The notes under the pieces were generated by a model. The model was given only the letters and a program-made list of their open reading frames with translations, had not been told where the DNA came from and made no database searches. From Emiliania huxleyi CCMP1516 (Eukaryota), in assembly GCF_000372725.1 (NCBI RefSeq), contig NW_005201298.1, positions 74,093-119,232 on the forward strand: a DNA stretch of 45,140 bases. The letters are read 5' to 3'. This document shows positions 21,401 through 31,850 of this stretch, piece by piece; the stretch's first letter is position 1; every line of letters begins with the position of its first letter. Made by a program: the position numbers and the translations under genes.

Positions 21401-23813
21401 TGAACCTTCACTCGCGCGGCAGAGTCGCTGCCACGCGCCTACTCCCATCGACAGTCTCTTCAACCTCTGAACCTTCACTCGCGCGGCAGAGTCGCTGCCA
21501 CGCGCCTACTCCCATCGACAGTCTCTTCAACCTCTGAACCTTCACTCGCGCGGCTGAGCCGCTGCCACGCGCCTACTCCCATCGACAGTCTCTTCAACCT
21601 CTGAACCTTCACTCGCGCGGCAGAGTCGCTGCCACGCGCCTACTCCCATCGACAGTCTCTTCAACCTCTGAACCTTCACTCGCGCGGCAGAGCCGCTGCC
21701 ACGCGCCTACTCCCATCGACAGTCTCTTCAACCTCTGAACCTTCACTCGCGCGGCAGAGCCGCTGCCACGCGCCTACTCCCATCGACAGTCTCTTCAACC
21801 TCTGAACCTTCACTCGCGCGGCAGAGTCGCTGCCACGCGCCTACTCCCATCGACAGTCTCTTCAGCCTCTGAACCTTCACTCGCGCGGCAGAGTCGCTGC
21901 CACGCGCCTACTCCCATCGACAGTCTCTTCAGCCTCTGAACCTTCACTCGCGCGGCAGAGTCGCTGCCACGCGCCTACTCCCATCGACAGTCTCTTCAAC
22001 CTCTGAACCTTCACTCGCGCGGCAGAGCCGCTGCCACGCGCGCCAGACGAGTCGCCCTTCCGCCAGAGAGAGCGGCGAGAGCGGGACCAGTAGACGCCGC
22101 GGCCGGAGCGGAGCGCGGCGCAGACGGACTCCGCCGTCGAGTAGACGAGGCCTGAAGAATGAAGAATGCGGACCCCCTCTTGGTAACGAGCTCATTCATG
22201 GCTCGGGCCCCGTCGGCGAGGAGGCGAGGCCGAGGGCGACGCCGCCCTCCTCCTCCACCACCTATGGTGGTTGCACTCTTCCGCGTCGCAACCGCCTGTG
22301 ACATCCGTACCGCCGCCCTCCTCCTCCACCGTTGAGAGCAAGCCATCCGGCCGGTCGGACCGCACCGCCGCGGCCAGCGCCTGTGGACATGGCTGGGACA
22401 TGTCGTGGACATGTCACGGACATGTCGTGGACGTATCGCGGACATGTCGTGGGCGTGTCGTGGACATGTCGTGGGCGTGTCGTGGACATGCACATGTCGT
22501 GGACATGTCGCGGACGTGTCGCGGACGTGTCGTGCACATGTCGCGGGTGTGTCGTGGACCTGGCCGAGGGCATCTCGTGAGAGTGTGTGTGGTCTCCTCG
22601 TTGGAGCACCTATCCCCACACCGAACGTCTCGCGCATGCTCCCACTCCTACCCCTCGTGCCACTGCCCCTCTCCCCTTCTCGCCATTGATACGCGCCTGT
22701 CCCGCGTCGATCAGCTCTTCTCCGCCCGCAGGCGCCTCCGCAACGTCCTCCGCCCGCCGCCAGAAGCCTACGTTGTGATGTGAAAACTGCGTTGAGACGA
22801 CGCCGACGGGAGGGCGTGAAGACGGCAACTTGTGGCAGCGTACTCAGAGCACCGCGTGAGTACGGGTGGGGACGAAAGCAGCGAACACATCCGCATCCAG
22901 CGGCATACAGCCGAGTGCGTCTCCTCTCGAGTGCTGGTTGGGATGCATGAACACGTATTCCGCTTCTAGGGCCAGAGTCCGCCACTAACCGACGGCACCG
23001 GTGCGGCCGCGGGCGTCGGCGCCGCCACCCGCTCCGCCCGCCTCGGGAGGGGGCCGAGCGATGCCGGGGCCGCGAGGCCGAGGTTGAGGGCGTGGAGCTC
23101 GGCGAGCCTAACCAGTTGGGCTCGCACTGGTCGAACTTAATTAAATTCGTCCCCAAAGTCCGAGGGCGAGGGCGTGCACGCTCGGCGCGCCGGGCCAGGG
23201 AGGGGGAGAGCGACGCTCCGGAGACCACGACCAGCAGCCGGTCCGTCGCCGCGAGGCTGGCCGACACCCGCTTCAGCAGCGCCGCGTCCGCCGCCGCGTC
23301 TGGAAGGAGGAGAAGGACGCCGGCGGCGGCGCCGACGGTGTGGGGCCGCTCGCACTCGCGGCAACCGGAGCCGGTCTTGGCGGCGAGAGACTCGAGTGCG
23401 AGAAGGAGCTGCTCAGACGTCGTCTCGGCTGCAGGAGAGAGGACGACGAGCAGGCGCTCAGCGGGCAGCGCCGCGTCCTTGGCCGCCTGGCGCACTGCCG
23501 CGCACAGCTCCGCCGGAGGCGTCGCGGGGTCCGGAGTGAGCAGCGCGTACAGCGCTCCGGCATGAAGCCACTCCCGCGCCTTGGCCGCCTCGTCCAGCCG
23601 GAAGGGGCCGACCGCGCAGCCCGCGCTGCGCAAGAGCGCGACGCGGGCAGCCGACGGCGGCGAAGCGAGCTCGGCTTCGCTCAGCCAGCAGACGAGGCAG
23701 CTGCCGAGGCCGAGGCGGCGGAGCACCTCGTCGTCGCTCTCGCCGGCCGCCTCGCCCTTGATGAGAGGCGAGAGGGACTTCGTGCGGAGGTCAACCACTG
23801 GCCAGAGCACCAT
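18452..23813 (-). CDS. hisIE: Bifunctional phosphoribosyl-AMP cyclohydrolase / phosphoribosyl-ATP pyrophosphatase with a His4-like N-terminal extension (~534 aa)
   Basis: Exons 23813-23191, 23107-22983, 22767-22697, 22380-22330, 22261-22231, 22151-22044, 19763-19662, 19574-19506, 19249-19173, 19096-19049, 18829-18707, 18628-18452 are in frame. Motifs: SDRPDGLLSTVV, LGLVYS, YWSRSRRSLWRKGDSSG, DSDGDAL, FCHRGTLTCW, GSYTKRLF, KLVEEAQEL, EAADLLFF. Confidence 0.92.
19250..19505 (-). mobile_element. Introner-like element, copy 2 (hisIE intron), with an inserted 10-mer repeat
   Basis: - strand: CCTAGAAGCGGAA...AGCGCTCGAGACGACAC...CTCGTACTCACGCGGTGC...CCGTCCTCCCGCCCTCATGCCGGCGCACTCAC..CAG. Confidence 0.7.
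19764..22043 (-). repeat. 34 tandem 67-bp units forming a 2280-nt intron of hisIE
   Basis: Unit on the - strand: GCGCGTGGCAGCG(A/G)CTCTGCC-GCGCGAGTGAAGGTTCAGAGGTTGAAGAGACTGTCGATGGGAGTAG. 2280 = 34 x 67 + 2, and the units are nearly identical. Confidence 0.95.
22768..22982 (-). mobile_element. Introner-like element, copy 3 (hisIE intron)
   Basis: - strand: CCTAGAAGCGGAATACG..TGCATCCCAACCAGCACTCGAGAGG...CGTACTCACGCGGTGCTCTGA...CCGTCTTCACGCCCTC. Confidence 0.7.
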
Positions 23814-24833
23814 TCGGCGCGTGGTCCACCTCGCTATCGGCTCGGTGCTCGCGGCAGATCGGCGGGCTCCGAAGGTTTTCTTTTTGCAAAGGATGCTAGA
23901 ATTCGTTGTCCGAGCCTGGCTGTTCTTCACCTTCCTAACTGGAGCACTTGAGCACTGGATAGGGTCGATTCCGCATGGTACGGGACCCCTCGATCGTCTC
24001 GCCCTCCCTCACTGGTGTGTTCATTGGGGGGGTCATAACAAACACGGTACAGGATCGAGGTGCACGCTGCTGAAGCAGTGTCGTCCCCTCTCTCCCCAAC
24101 GGCGATGGCGGTGTGACCGATCGAGCTACAAGAGGAGCTTGTTCAGCAGGATCTGGGATAGTCTGGCGCACTACCTCACTGGGCCTGAGACCGCCGAGAC
24201 AGCATCCCATCACCCCTCCGGGCTTAGCTAACTAACTAAATAAAGCGCACTGCTTACCATGTGCGCTCGTGGATGGAGTCGCCCCGCTGCAAGGACGACA
24301 TCATCATTGACGACGACATCGAGTGCATGTACAACGCCACATGCCGCGTGGCGATGTTCAAGGCGCTATTTTGCCTGCCCCCTGCCCGCCCTTACCGATG
24401 TCTGCACCTCGGGCTCGGAGCGCTTGCCTCCCGGAGTGCAACTACCCGCCGCCCTCGCCGCCCCCGCCCTCGCCGCCAGAATTCGTGATGGCGTGAGTGG
24501 AGTGGGGAAGACAAGCAGGGGAAGTCGGAAGACAATACCCCTAGTTCAAGAAAAAGAATTAAACCACGAAACAGAAAAAGAAAGCACCTCGCTGTCGTAT
24601 TGCCGCTGTCGTAAACTCGGTGTGGACCCTGTCCTCCTCCCCTACCCCTCATTTGGGTTGGGTCTGTTTTCTTCCTCTCTTTTTTCGTAAACTCGAACGA
24701 GAAGCTGAGGCCTGTAATTACCGAACTAAAAAGTAAAACTTCCACTCCGAACGTACTGTATTTCCGTTAGCAAATGACAGCTGGATTCGTTAAACGCATT
24801 CGTATTCTGTTGGAGCCACCTACCCACGCTCTT

Positions 24834-25925
24834 TTACGGATCTTGTTTCTCCTGGCACGGACGCTCGAATGCATCAAAGTCCGACTCTGACAGGTTCAGC
24901 CCAAGCAGCCTCGCCTTGTTCATATCTACGTGTGCACGGGCGAGCCCGAGTTGTCGCAGAGCGATGCCAAACTGAAACTCCACCTTTGCGTACTTGGGAT
25001 CATTCGTCGCGGTCTCGAACACGCGGTCGTACTGAAGATGCAGATGATCCACAAGGGCATCCATGTTCGTCGGATCACCAAAGAAGCAATTGTCGTCTTC
25101 TACGCCGCCATCCCAAGCAGTCGAGCGACACGCACTGATTCCTTTCGGCACCCACGCGAGGGCTCCGAGGCATGGCCACAAGGTGTCGACGGGTTCGTGC
25201 AAAACTGTCGCGTCAGGGCGAAAGCGCATGGCCAAGGAGTAGCGTCTCCCCGACTCGCGACGCAGCACGGCGGCTCCGCGCATGCCTGCAATGTTGTTGC
25301 GAAAGCCGCGCAGCTTCGCCGCCCCCCAGTTATAGCCAGTGAAAGTGAAGGTCCGGTTCTCGTCTTCGGTGTGCACATAGCCACGGAGCATCGACGCGAT
25401 CGGCTTTGTCTGCGCCACGATGGTCTTAAAGCACGCGAGGCTGCTCTGCATGAGCTCCGGACGCCTCGCCCCCCCCCCGCCCCCCCTGCCCTTCCAGCTT
25501 GGTGTATTCGGCGCGATTTCGTCCCATGTGTGCAAGTACAGGTCGCATATCGCAAAGTTCTTGCGGCATGCCCTGAGGTGGGCAACGAGGTGCCGGTATT
25601 CGCAGACACCATGTCGCCCCACATGTCCCGAAACCTGCAGCGCGATTGACAGGTTTGACCGTAATTGCGCTGGTCGCTGTGCTTGGGCTGCGATCCTGGC
25701 CGTGCTTGGGCGATCCTGGCGATCACAACTGCAGCTGTAAAACGACTGACCAGGAGGGAAGCCGCATCGCACCTTGTGCGTGTCGCCCTCGTTGCAGCGA
25801 AACACACCGCGACATTTTGCAGTCCACAGCGCGCCGCTCTCTGCATCACAGCCAAAGCTGATGTTGCGGATGCATCTCGCCCAGGACGACTGCGTGACCA
25901 GCGAGGGAACCGTGCACGATCCCAT
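24834..25925 (-). CDS. Hypothetical protein with a Cys-rich DUF3011-like N-terminus and a putative glycosyltransferase-like domain
   Basis: Intronless 363 aa ORF. LVTQSSWARC...SFGC...LW..CRGVF resembles DUF3011. IALQVSG, DLYLHTW, YSLAMRFRPD and DDNCFFG resemble an uncharacterised GT-like family. Both calls are pattern recognition only. Confidence 0.55.
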   Translation of the reverse strand: MGSCTVPSLVTQSSWARCIRNISFGCDAESGALWTAKCRGVFRCNEGDTHKVRCGFPPGQSFYSCSCDRQDRPSTARIAAQAQRPAQLRSNLSIALQVSGHVGRHGVCEYRHLVAHLRACRKNFAICDLYLHTWDEIAPNTPSWKGRGGGGGARRPELMQSSLACFKTIVAQTKPIASMLRGYVHTEDENRTFTFTGYNWGAAKLRGFRNNIAGMRGAAVLRRESGRRYSLAMRFRPDATVLHEPVDTLWPCLGALAWVPKGISACRSTAWDGGVEDDNCFFGDPTNMDALVDHLHLQYDRVFETATNDPKYAKVEFQFGIALRQLGLARAHVDMNKARLLGLNLSESDFDAFERPCQEKQDP

Positions 25926-26159
25926 CCTTGTGGCGAGAGTTCTGACCTACAAACGAGCGCGCACACACCACCCCAACACACACGAGAGATCAAAAAGAGA
26001 ATTAAAAAAAAAGGAAATTCTTGATTGCCGAATCAGCATGTCACTCGTCGTCTCTCTGCTCCTCGCTCGGCCGGGCGGCGACTCGGGTGGTGCAGAGGCG
26101 CCGCCGCTGCGCGTGCGTGCGCACGAGGCGGCGCTGGAGCACGCCCAGCGGACGACACG

Positions 26160-27557
26160 ATGCCGGCTCTCATCGACATTGTCGACGTGGAGGACGAAGG
26201 CGACTGGCAGGTCGTGCGAGACTTCGCGGCGGCGCACGGCCAGCTCGAAGCCCTTAACGCCTTCCTCGAGTACGCGAAGGATGCGGTGCAGCACGCCGAG
26301 GACCTCGTGGGGCCCGAGAGCCTCGAAGGGATCGCGCGGGAAACGAAGAGGAAGCTGCTCCGTTTCGAAGGACGACCGGAACTTGAGGAACTCGCGATGC
26401 AACTAGCACGGCAGGTGCTACCGCACGTCGGCCTGGAGGGCAGGCCGGTCGGCGTCACAAGAGGCGACGGCAGCGTTGCGGGGGTCAGCCTGATCGTAAC
26501 CTTGCCAGGGGCGGAGCGACAGCCGTCCCACTTGGACGCGAACGTCGAAGACGTCTACTCCGTGATCGTGCCCCTCAGCCAGAGGCGGCTGCACGTCGTA
26601 TCGCGGCAAGAACCGATCGTGCTCGGGCCGGGCGACGCCCTCGTCTTCAAAGCGAACGAGCTGTGCCATGGCGGCGACGGCCTCGGACAGGGCGAAGACA
26701 TGAGGTGCGCGCTCTTCTTCTACGTGGGACACGGCGTGACGGAGGACGTCGTCGACCAAAGCTTCGAGTGCGAGTGGAGGTCGATGAAGCAGTGGGCGCA
26801 GGCCCTGCCCATGGAGGGGTTGGTGGCGGCGCTGCGGAAGCACGAGGTCGAGAAGGTGGGCGAGGTCGTCGCCGAGCTACATGGCCGCTTGCTCGCGGAG
26901 GACGCGGCGCAGCGGCCCAGGCTCGAGGCGGAGGCTGCGGCGACGGTCTTGCGCGGCCTCAGGAAGGTGGCGGGGCGAGTAACGTCGCCTTCGGTGCTAG
27001 CTGAGGTAGGGGCGGGGAGGTGGCCACCCGGGGCGCCCCTCATGCTGTACAGCGCGCGGCTAGCGGTGGCGGTCGCGGATAAGCTCGACCGCGGCACCAC
27101 GGGCGTCGAGGAGCTGATGCGCGACATCGTGCACGCGCTGGCGCAGGCGCTCCGCCCCATGACGGAAGGAGCCCTCCACGTCGTGCGCCTGGGGGACGGC
27201 AGCGAGAAGCTCAAGGTGCGGCCCGCCCGGATGATGACGTGTGACGCCATCGCCGGCCTCCTCGAGTGGGGGCGACTGCGCATGCCGGACCTGGCGAAGG
27301 ACGTTGACGGGCCGCTCGTGCACTTGGTGGGGTACTACCTGTGGACGGTGGACAGCATCCCCGCGGTCGAGGAGTACGCGCGGCATCGGGAGGCGGCCGT
27401 TCGCGGTATCTGGGACATGCAACTCGATATGATGTATCTTATTCCGGGGCCCGTGTGCGGGGAGCGAACCTTAGCGACCGCCCAGAAGCTTTCTGAGCGA
27501 CCCAATCGGGCCGGGATCATCAGCATATGTCCCCTCCACAACATCTTGGGCGTTTGA
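26160..27557 (+). CDS. 2OG-Fe(II) dioxygenase-like (DSBH) domain protein
   Basis: Long intronless ORF with QPSHLD...SVIVPL...LGPGDALVF...HGG...R, i.e. the HxD...H facial triad pattern. Confidence 0.65.
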   Translation: MPALIDIVDVEDEGDWQVVRDFAAAHGQLEALNAFLEYAKDAVQHAEDLVGPESLEGIARETKRKLLRFEGRPELEELAMQLARQVLPHVGLEGRPVGVTRGDGSVAGVSLIVTLPGAERQPSHLDANVEDVYSVIVPLSQRRLHVVSRQEPIVLGPGDALVFKANELCHGGDGLGQGEDMRCALFFYVGHGVTEDVVDQSFECEWRSMKQWAQALPMEGLVAALRKHEVEKVGEVVAELHGRLLAEDAAQRPRLEAEAAATVLRGLRKVAGRVTSPSVLAEVGAGRWPPGAPLMLYSARLAVAVADKLDRGTTGVEELMRDIVHALAQALRPMTEGALHVVRLGDGSEKLKVRPARMMTCDAIAGLLEWGRLRMPDLAKDVDGPLVHLVGYYLWTVDSIPAVEEYARHREAAVRGIWDMQLDMMYLIPGPVCGERTLATAQKLSERPNRAGIISICPLHNILGV

Positions 27558-29230
27558 GCGGTATTTGAGGACCACCGCCACTCTGAAGTTCGGCCGGGTG
27601 GTCTGCAGACCCCCCCCCCCGGAGCAGCAGAGGCTCCGTGGGGTTGAAAAGTCGACGCTGGGAGTCGCACTCGTCAAACCGTCTCGCAACACCACGCGGT
27701 CCGCACGTACCGCCCACATCCCCTCCACCACTGAGAAGGCGCAGATCGACCGCCGGGCCGCGTAGCCGTCGTTAAGGAGCGGTTTTTGGAGCCGTACGAA
27801 GAGGTCCCAGACGGGCGAAGATGCGGTTTTTCGACGACCACACGCGATGTGGTGTCTGCTTTTTGCTAAAAACGGGCCGCCTAGTGCAGCATCACTAGTA
27901 CAACACGCAACCACACTGAGAGCTCCACACTAGCCGGTATAGGCGAGCCCCGGCGGCCTCACCGTCGCCGCTCGCGGCGGAGCCGACGGCGGAGCCACGG
28001 GCCGGTGCGACCTTTTGGGGGGGCATGAGCTCGCCAGGACGTCACCGATGGCTCGGCGCGCCTCTTCCCGCCAGCGCGGGACGGCCTGCCTACAGGAGGG
28101 AGGGGGGGGAGACGGAACTGAGCCCTAGGTTCGTGATCCTATGGCCGGCAAGGGCTGGGAGAGGGGCGGCAAGCGACGGGCGGGTGAGCGACCTTTTGAG
28201 CGCCCATGCAACGGTGGCATAAAGTGAATGATACACCGTCGCACGTGTGCTGATTCTAGATCGCACGCAGTGGCATATCACTTGGGTAGGACCGCAGCGC
28301 GCGTGTGAGAGGTCGAGGTCGTCGTGTTCTCTGCGCTTTGTTTCTCTGTTCTACCGGAACATGGTCGTGGGGCATGGGCCCTACTGCGAGGAGGGAGAGG
28401 GAGGCGAGGGGGGGGGAGAGGGGGGGGGGAGGGGAGTGTGAGGGGTACGGGGGCGAGGGCATGGAGGGGGAGAGGAAGAGCAAGGGCGAGAGGGGGCAGG
28501 GGACGGGTCGATGGCATACTAGGGGGGGCAGGGTGGTGGGCGGCGATCGCCGCATACCGTCCTATGGACAAGGACGTCGACGTGCATGCCAGCTGCTGTT
28601 GTTCGAGTCGTTCGGTGGGTTCGGCGGAAGGGGGTCGGCGAGATCCGCTCTGGAGGGCGGCGAACGCGCTGCAGAACAAGCTGACGCGGGCCCAGTACCT
28701 CGATGAGGTGACTTGGACCACCAAGAGCTGGGTGGGGCTGCAGAAGCAGCGCATCTCAGTCGTAAGGTTCTTCACACGGCCATCGCAGAGCAGATTGTGG
28801 ATGAGCTTGCCTGGGCGGCGAGGGCGGTCGAGTGCACGGAGCTAAGTGCCTCGCCGTCCTCGCCGGCGGGAGTCGCTTCTAGGCGGCTCCCGTGGTGTAC
28901 CTGTGTTAGTGCCAGTGCGCGCCAGTCCCGTGCCTAGTGTCGTGCGGGGGAGTTTTTGTAAAATTCTCTTTTCGGTGGTGGGGATGTCGGGGTGGGGAGT
29001 GGGTCTGGGTGGGCGCCGGAGTGGGAGTAGTGTGACTGCTCCTGTGGTGCGGGCGACGGCTTCTGAGGAAGCCGTCGCCCGGCGCGCCTCGCCTATCGCG
29101 CGAATCGTGTCGTGCGACCGCCTTTTGTTGTAAACTAAGGTAGGTAGGTAGAAAGGTGAAGAAAACAACAGCCAGGCTCGGACTGGACACCAACGCGATT
29201 TTCTTGTAAACTAAAAGGAGGAACCCCTGT

Positions 29231-30391
29231 CAAGGAGTGTCTAGAATAGGTTACTATTCATGATTAGTGCTCTGAATAGTGAGGTTGCAAAACTATTCAG
29301 ACCTGAATAGAGGCACTCACAAGCTATTCAACTCATGACTAGAATGACCAGCTCTGACCCTCGATTCATGAATACTATTCAAGATGCATGCGCTCTCCCG
29401 GCGCCCTTCGCCCTTCGGCACTCCGCTCTCGATCACTACGGCTAGTTGCTGCCAGCCTGCACCACGTAGCCCTGATGGTGTACTTGCCCCGCGCCGCGCC
29501 CATGCTGTTCAACGTGCGCGACGCCTCGGTCAAGTAAGCAAAAATTGGAGGCCGCTCCTCCTCGTGCGTGACCTTGACCACCGCGCCGCCCGCGGCATCC
29601 GCGCCGCCCGCGGCATCCGCGCCGCCCACGGCTCCATCGCCAGAGGCATCAGCAGCGTCGCCCACGGTAGCAGCAGGGTCGACCTCATCAGGAAAGAGCT
29701 TGGTGCGCACGGCCGCTGGCAGCTCCGAGCGGTTCTCGTAGTAGTAGTACTCGAGGAAAGGGTTTGGGTAGCCGATCATGAACTCGCTGCCCGACGCGAC
29801 GCCCGGCTCGAGGCTGCCGCGGCCGTCCTCGCCCATCTCCTTGCACGAGAACCCCGCTCCCTTGACGCCGTCGCCGTAATCGTGCAGCGCCGAGAACTCA
29901 ACGACGGCACACTTGAACCGCTTCTCCTTGTCGGCCGCCGGGCAGCCATTCCAGAACTTGCCCGGCGCGGAGATGTACTTGCCGACAGCGGTGGCCGGCT
30001 TATTGAGCGTCGGGTAGAAGGCAATGGCCGACTGCTTGCTGGCCTTGCTCGAACGCTTAGGCGGCATGGGTGATGCGATGGCGCGATGGACGGACGGACA
30101 CGGACCAAAATAAGCTTAGAATTGACATTTCTGTCGCAGGTGCGGGTGCGAGCCCGTGGGTGCTATACTGCAGGGTGAATACTTACTTCCTGAAGTAACT
30201 TCATGATTCAGACAGACACCGACACGTGGCCTCACGCAAGTCTGAATAGTTCGAATGATCTGACTACTCTCCCTAATGAACTATTCAAGTCTTGAATCTT
30301 CTTGAATAGTGAGGTTGCAAAACTATTCAGACCTGAATGGGAGAGCTGCGAGCCTAATCAGATCATTCAGTTCTAATCAAGATACTCCTTG
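29231..30391 (-). mobile_element. Non-autonomous hAT-type DNA transposon, 1161 bp
   Basis: TIRs CAAGGAGTGTCTAGA (29231) and TCAAGATACTCCTTG (ending 30391), 13/15 match. Perfect 8-bp TSD ACCCCTGT at 29223-29230 and 30392-30399. A subterminal 36-bp repeat TGAATAGTGAGGTTGCAAAACTATTCAGACCTGAAT occurs near both ends. Confidence 0.88.
29375..30067 (-). CDS. ORF inside the hAT element, probably a truncated transposase N-terminus or cargo
   Basis: 230 aa ORF starting MPPKR with coding-like codon bias, wholly within the TIRs; no DDE core is present. Confidence 0.5.
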   Translation of the reverse strand: MPPKRSSKASKQSAIAFYPTLNKPATAVGKYISAPGKFWNGCPAADKEKRFKCAVVEFSALHDYGDGVKGAGFSCKEMGEDGRGSLEPGVASGSEFMIGYPNPFLEYYYYENRSELPAAVRTKLFPDEVDPAATVGDAADASGDGAVGGADAAGGADAAGGAVVKVTHEEERPPIFAYLTEASRTLNSMGAARGKYTIRATWCRLAATSRSDRERSAEGRRAPGERMHLE

Positions 30392-30783
30392 ACCCCTGTA
30401 AAATTCTGTTGAGGGCCCTCGTACGCAGTGTGGACGCGCGCCGCCCAGCGGCGAGCGAGCGTGCTCGGAGTTGGGTCGGCGCGCGCGCGGGCGGACGGCG
30501 CCTGTAAACAGACAGCCTGCCCGCCCACTCGTTCAAAATGTCAAAATCCGTTCACACACACACATTCTTAGTGGCAACTCCGTGCACTGACGGTCGGCCG
30601 CCAGAAAACACGCCTCCGTGGCTCGGGTTACACCAATTCTCGCTACCCAACGCGGCCAAAGGATATCCACCTCGAGAACCTCGAGAACACACTCTGATGA
30701 GCAAATTCTCTATTTTGCTTGCTCGGCACTGCCTCCCAGCAGCGCCCAGCCTGCCCCACGCTACCTCCCGCGGGGTGCGCCGA

Positions 30784-31081
30784 ATGGTTTTCTCTCCGGA
30801 GCACGAGAGCTGGCGGCGACACCCGTGCGCGCGCTCCCCGCCATCGCCTCACGCCGACGACGCCTCCCGCCGCTGCTGTGAGTCGAGCCGCGCCCCGCCG
30901 CAGGTACTTTTCGCGCCCGTTTGCGCACTTCCTGCCGCCCTTTCGCAACGCAGTCGTCATCTTCAGCGCGTACCTGATCTTTGACACCTTGTACTCGTCC
31001 CGCTACCCCAAGACGGTCCCCGCCAAATCCATCGACGTCGAGTTCCCGAAGAGCGGCGGCGCCTTCAACAAGACGGAGTGA
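30784..31081 (+). CDS. NDUFB3: NADH:ubiquinone oxidoreductase B12 subunit (72 aa)
   Basis: Exons 30784-30824 and 30904-31081 (GT-AG) give MVFSPEHESWRRHPYFSRPFAHFLPPFRNAVVIFSAYLIFD...: a WRxHP motif plus a single TM helix. Confidence 0.75.
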
Positions 31082-31616
31082 GGTGGGGTGAGCGGGTTGC
31101 AGTCGGCGCCACCTGGCGCGAGGGAACCACGCGCGCGGGGAGCACTCCCGCGCGAGGTGACGAGCCGCGGGTCGAGCGTGCGTGCCTCTGCGTGGGCGGC
31201 TGCCTCCCCTCGACCCCCTCGATTTTGGTATATTACGCGAGAGATTCTCCGCGGCAGCCACGCCGGCGCGCTGGCAGGCACTAACGAAGCGACGCACGCT
31301 AGTCGGCGGCACACCGCGGGACGCGCGCATGATAAGACGGCGGTGGTGCCTGTGCGTGCGCGTGCCGCACCTTCTGAGTCGTCTGTGCGCGGTGTGCGGG
31401 GCGCGGCTCCAGTATTTACGCCATGCACCGCAAAGACCGACACGCGGCGACGCACGCACACCACATCGCCACAGCATTCCGCGGCAGTGCCACAGTGGGC
31501 AGCAGCGGAGCGACGCGGCAAAATGGCTCCAGGCCTCGCGTGCCGTGTGCGAATAAGATGATCGACTCAGCGCACATCACTGGGCGCGAGGCGAGGGTGG
31601 AGAAAGAGCGAGGTCA

Positions 31617-31850
31617 TTACACGGGCGTCCCCATCGGCACAGCCTGGCCCTGGACCGGCTTGACAATGCCGGTGCTCTCCGCAATGACGTAGTGCGTCTC
31701 CGCGGCCGGGTAGTCGCCGGGGGGCGTGAGCCCGTCTATCCTCGCACCCACGGAGTTGTAGCGGAGCGGCTGCTTCCGGAAGCAGCAGCAGCAGCAGCAG
31801 CAGCAGCTCAGCAGGAACAGGACGAGCAGAGCCACCAGCAAGGGCGGCAT
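31617..31850 (-). CDS. Small membrane protein with a poly-Cys tract (77 aa)
   Basis: MPPLLVALLVLFLLSCCCCCCCFRK...VQGQAVPMGTPV: a hydrophobic helix, then Cys7 and basic residues. Confidence 0.45.
   Translation of the reverse strand: MPPLLVALLVLFLLSCCCCCCCCFRKQPLRYNSVGARIDGLTPPGDYPAAETHYVIAESTGIVKPVQGQAVPMGTPV

Noticed and set aside
19764..22043. CRISPR array
   Set aside because: Units are contiguous and near-identical with no unique spacers, there are no cas genes, and the context is a eukaryotic intron.
28324..28845. Possible transposon-derived ORF
   Set aside because: No recognisable motif; evidence is insufficient.
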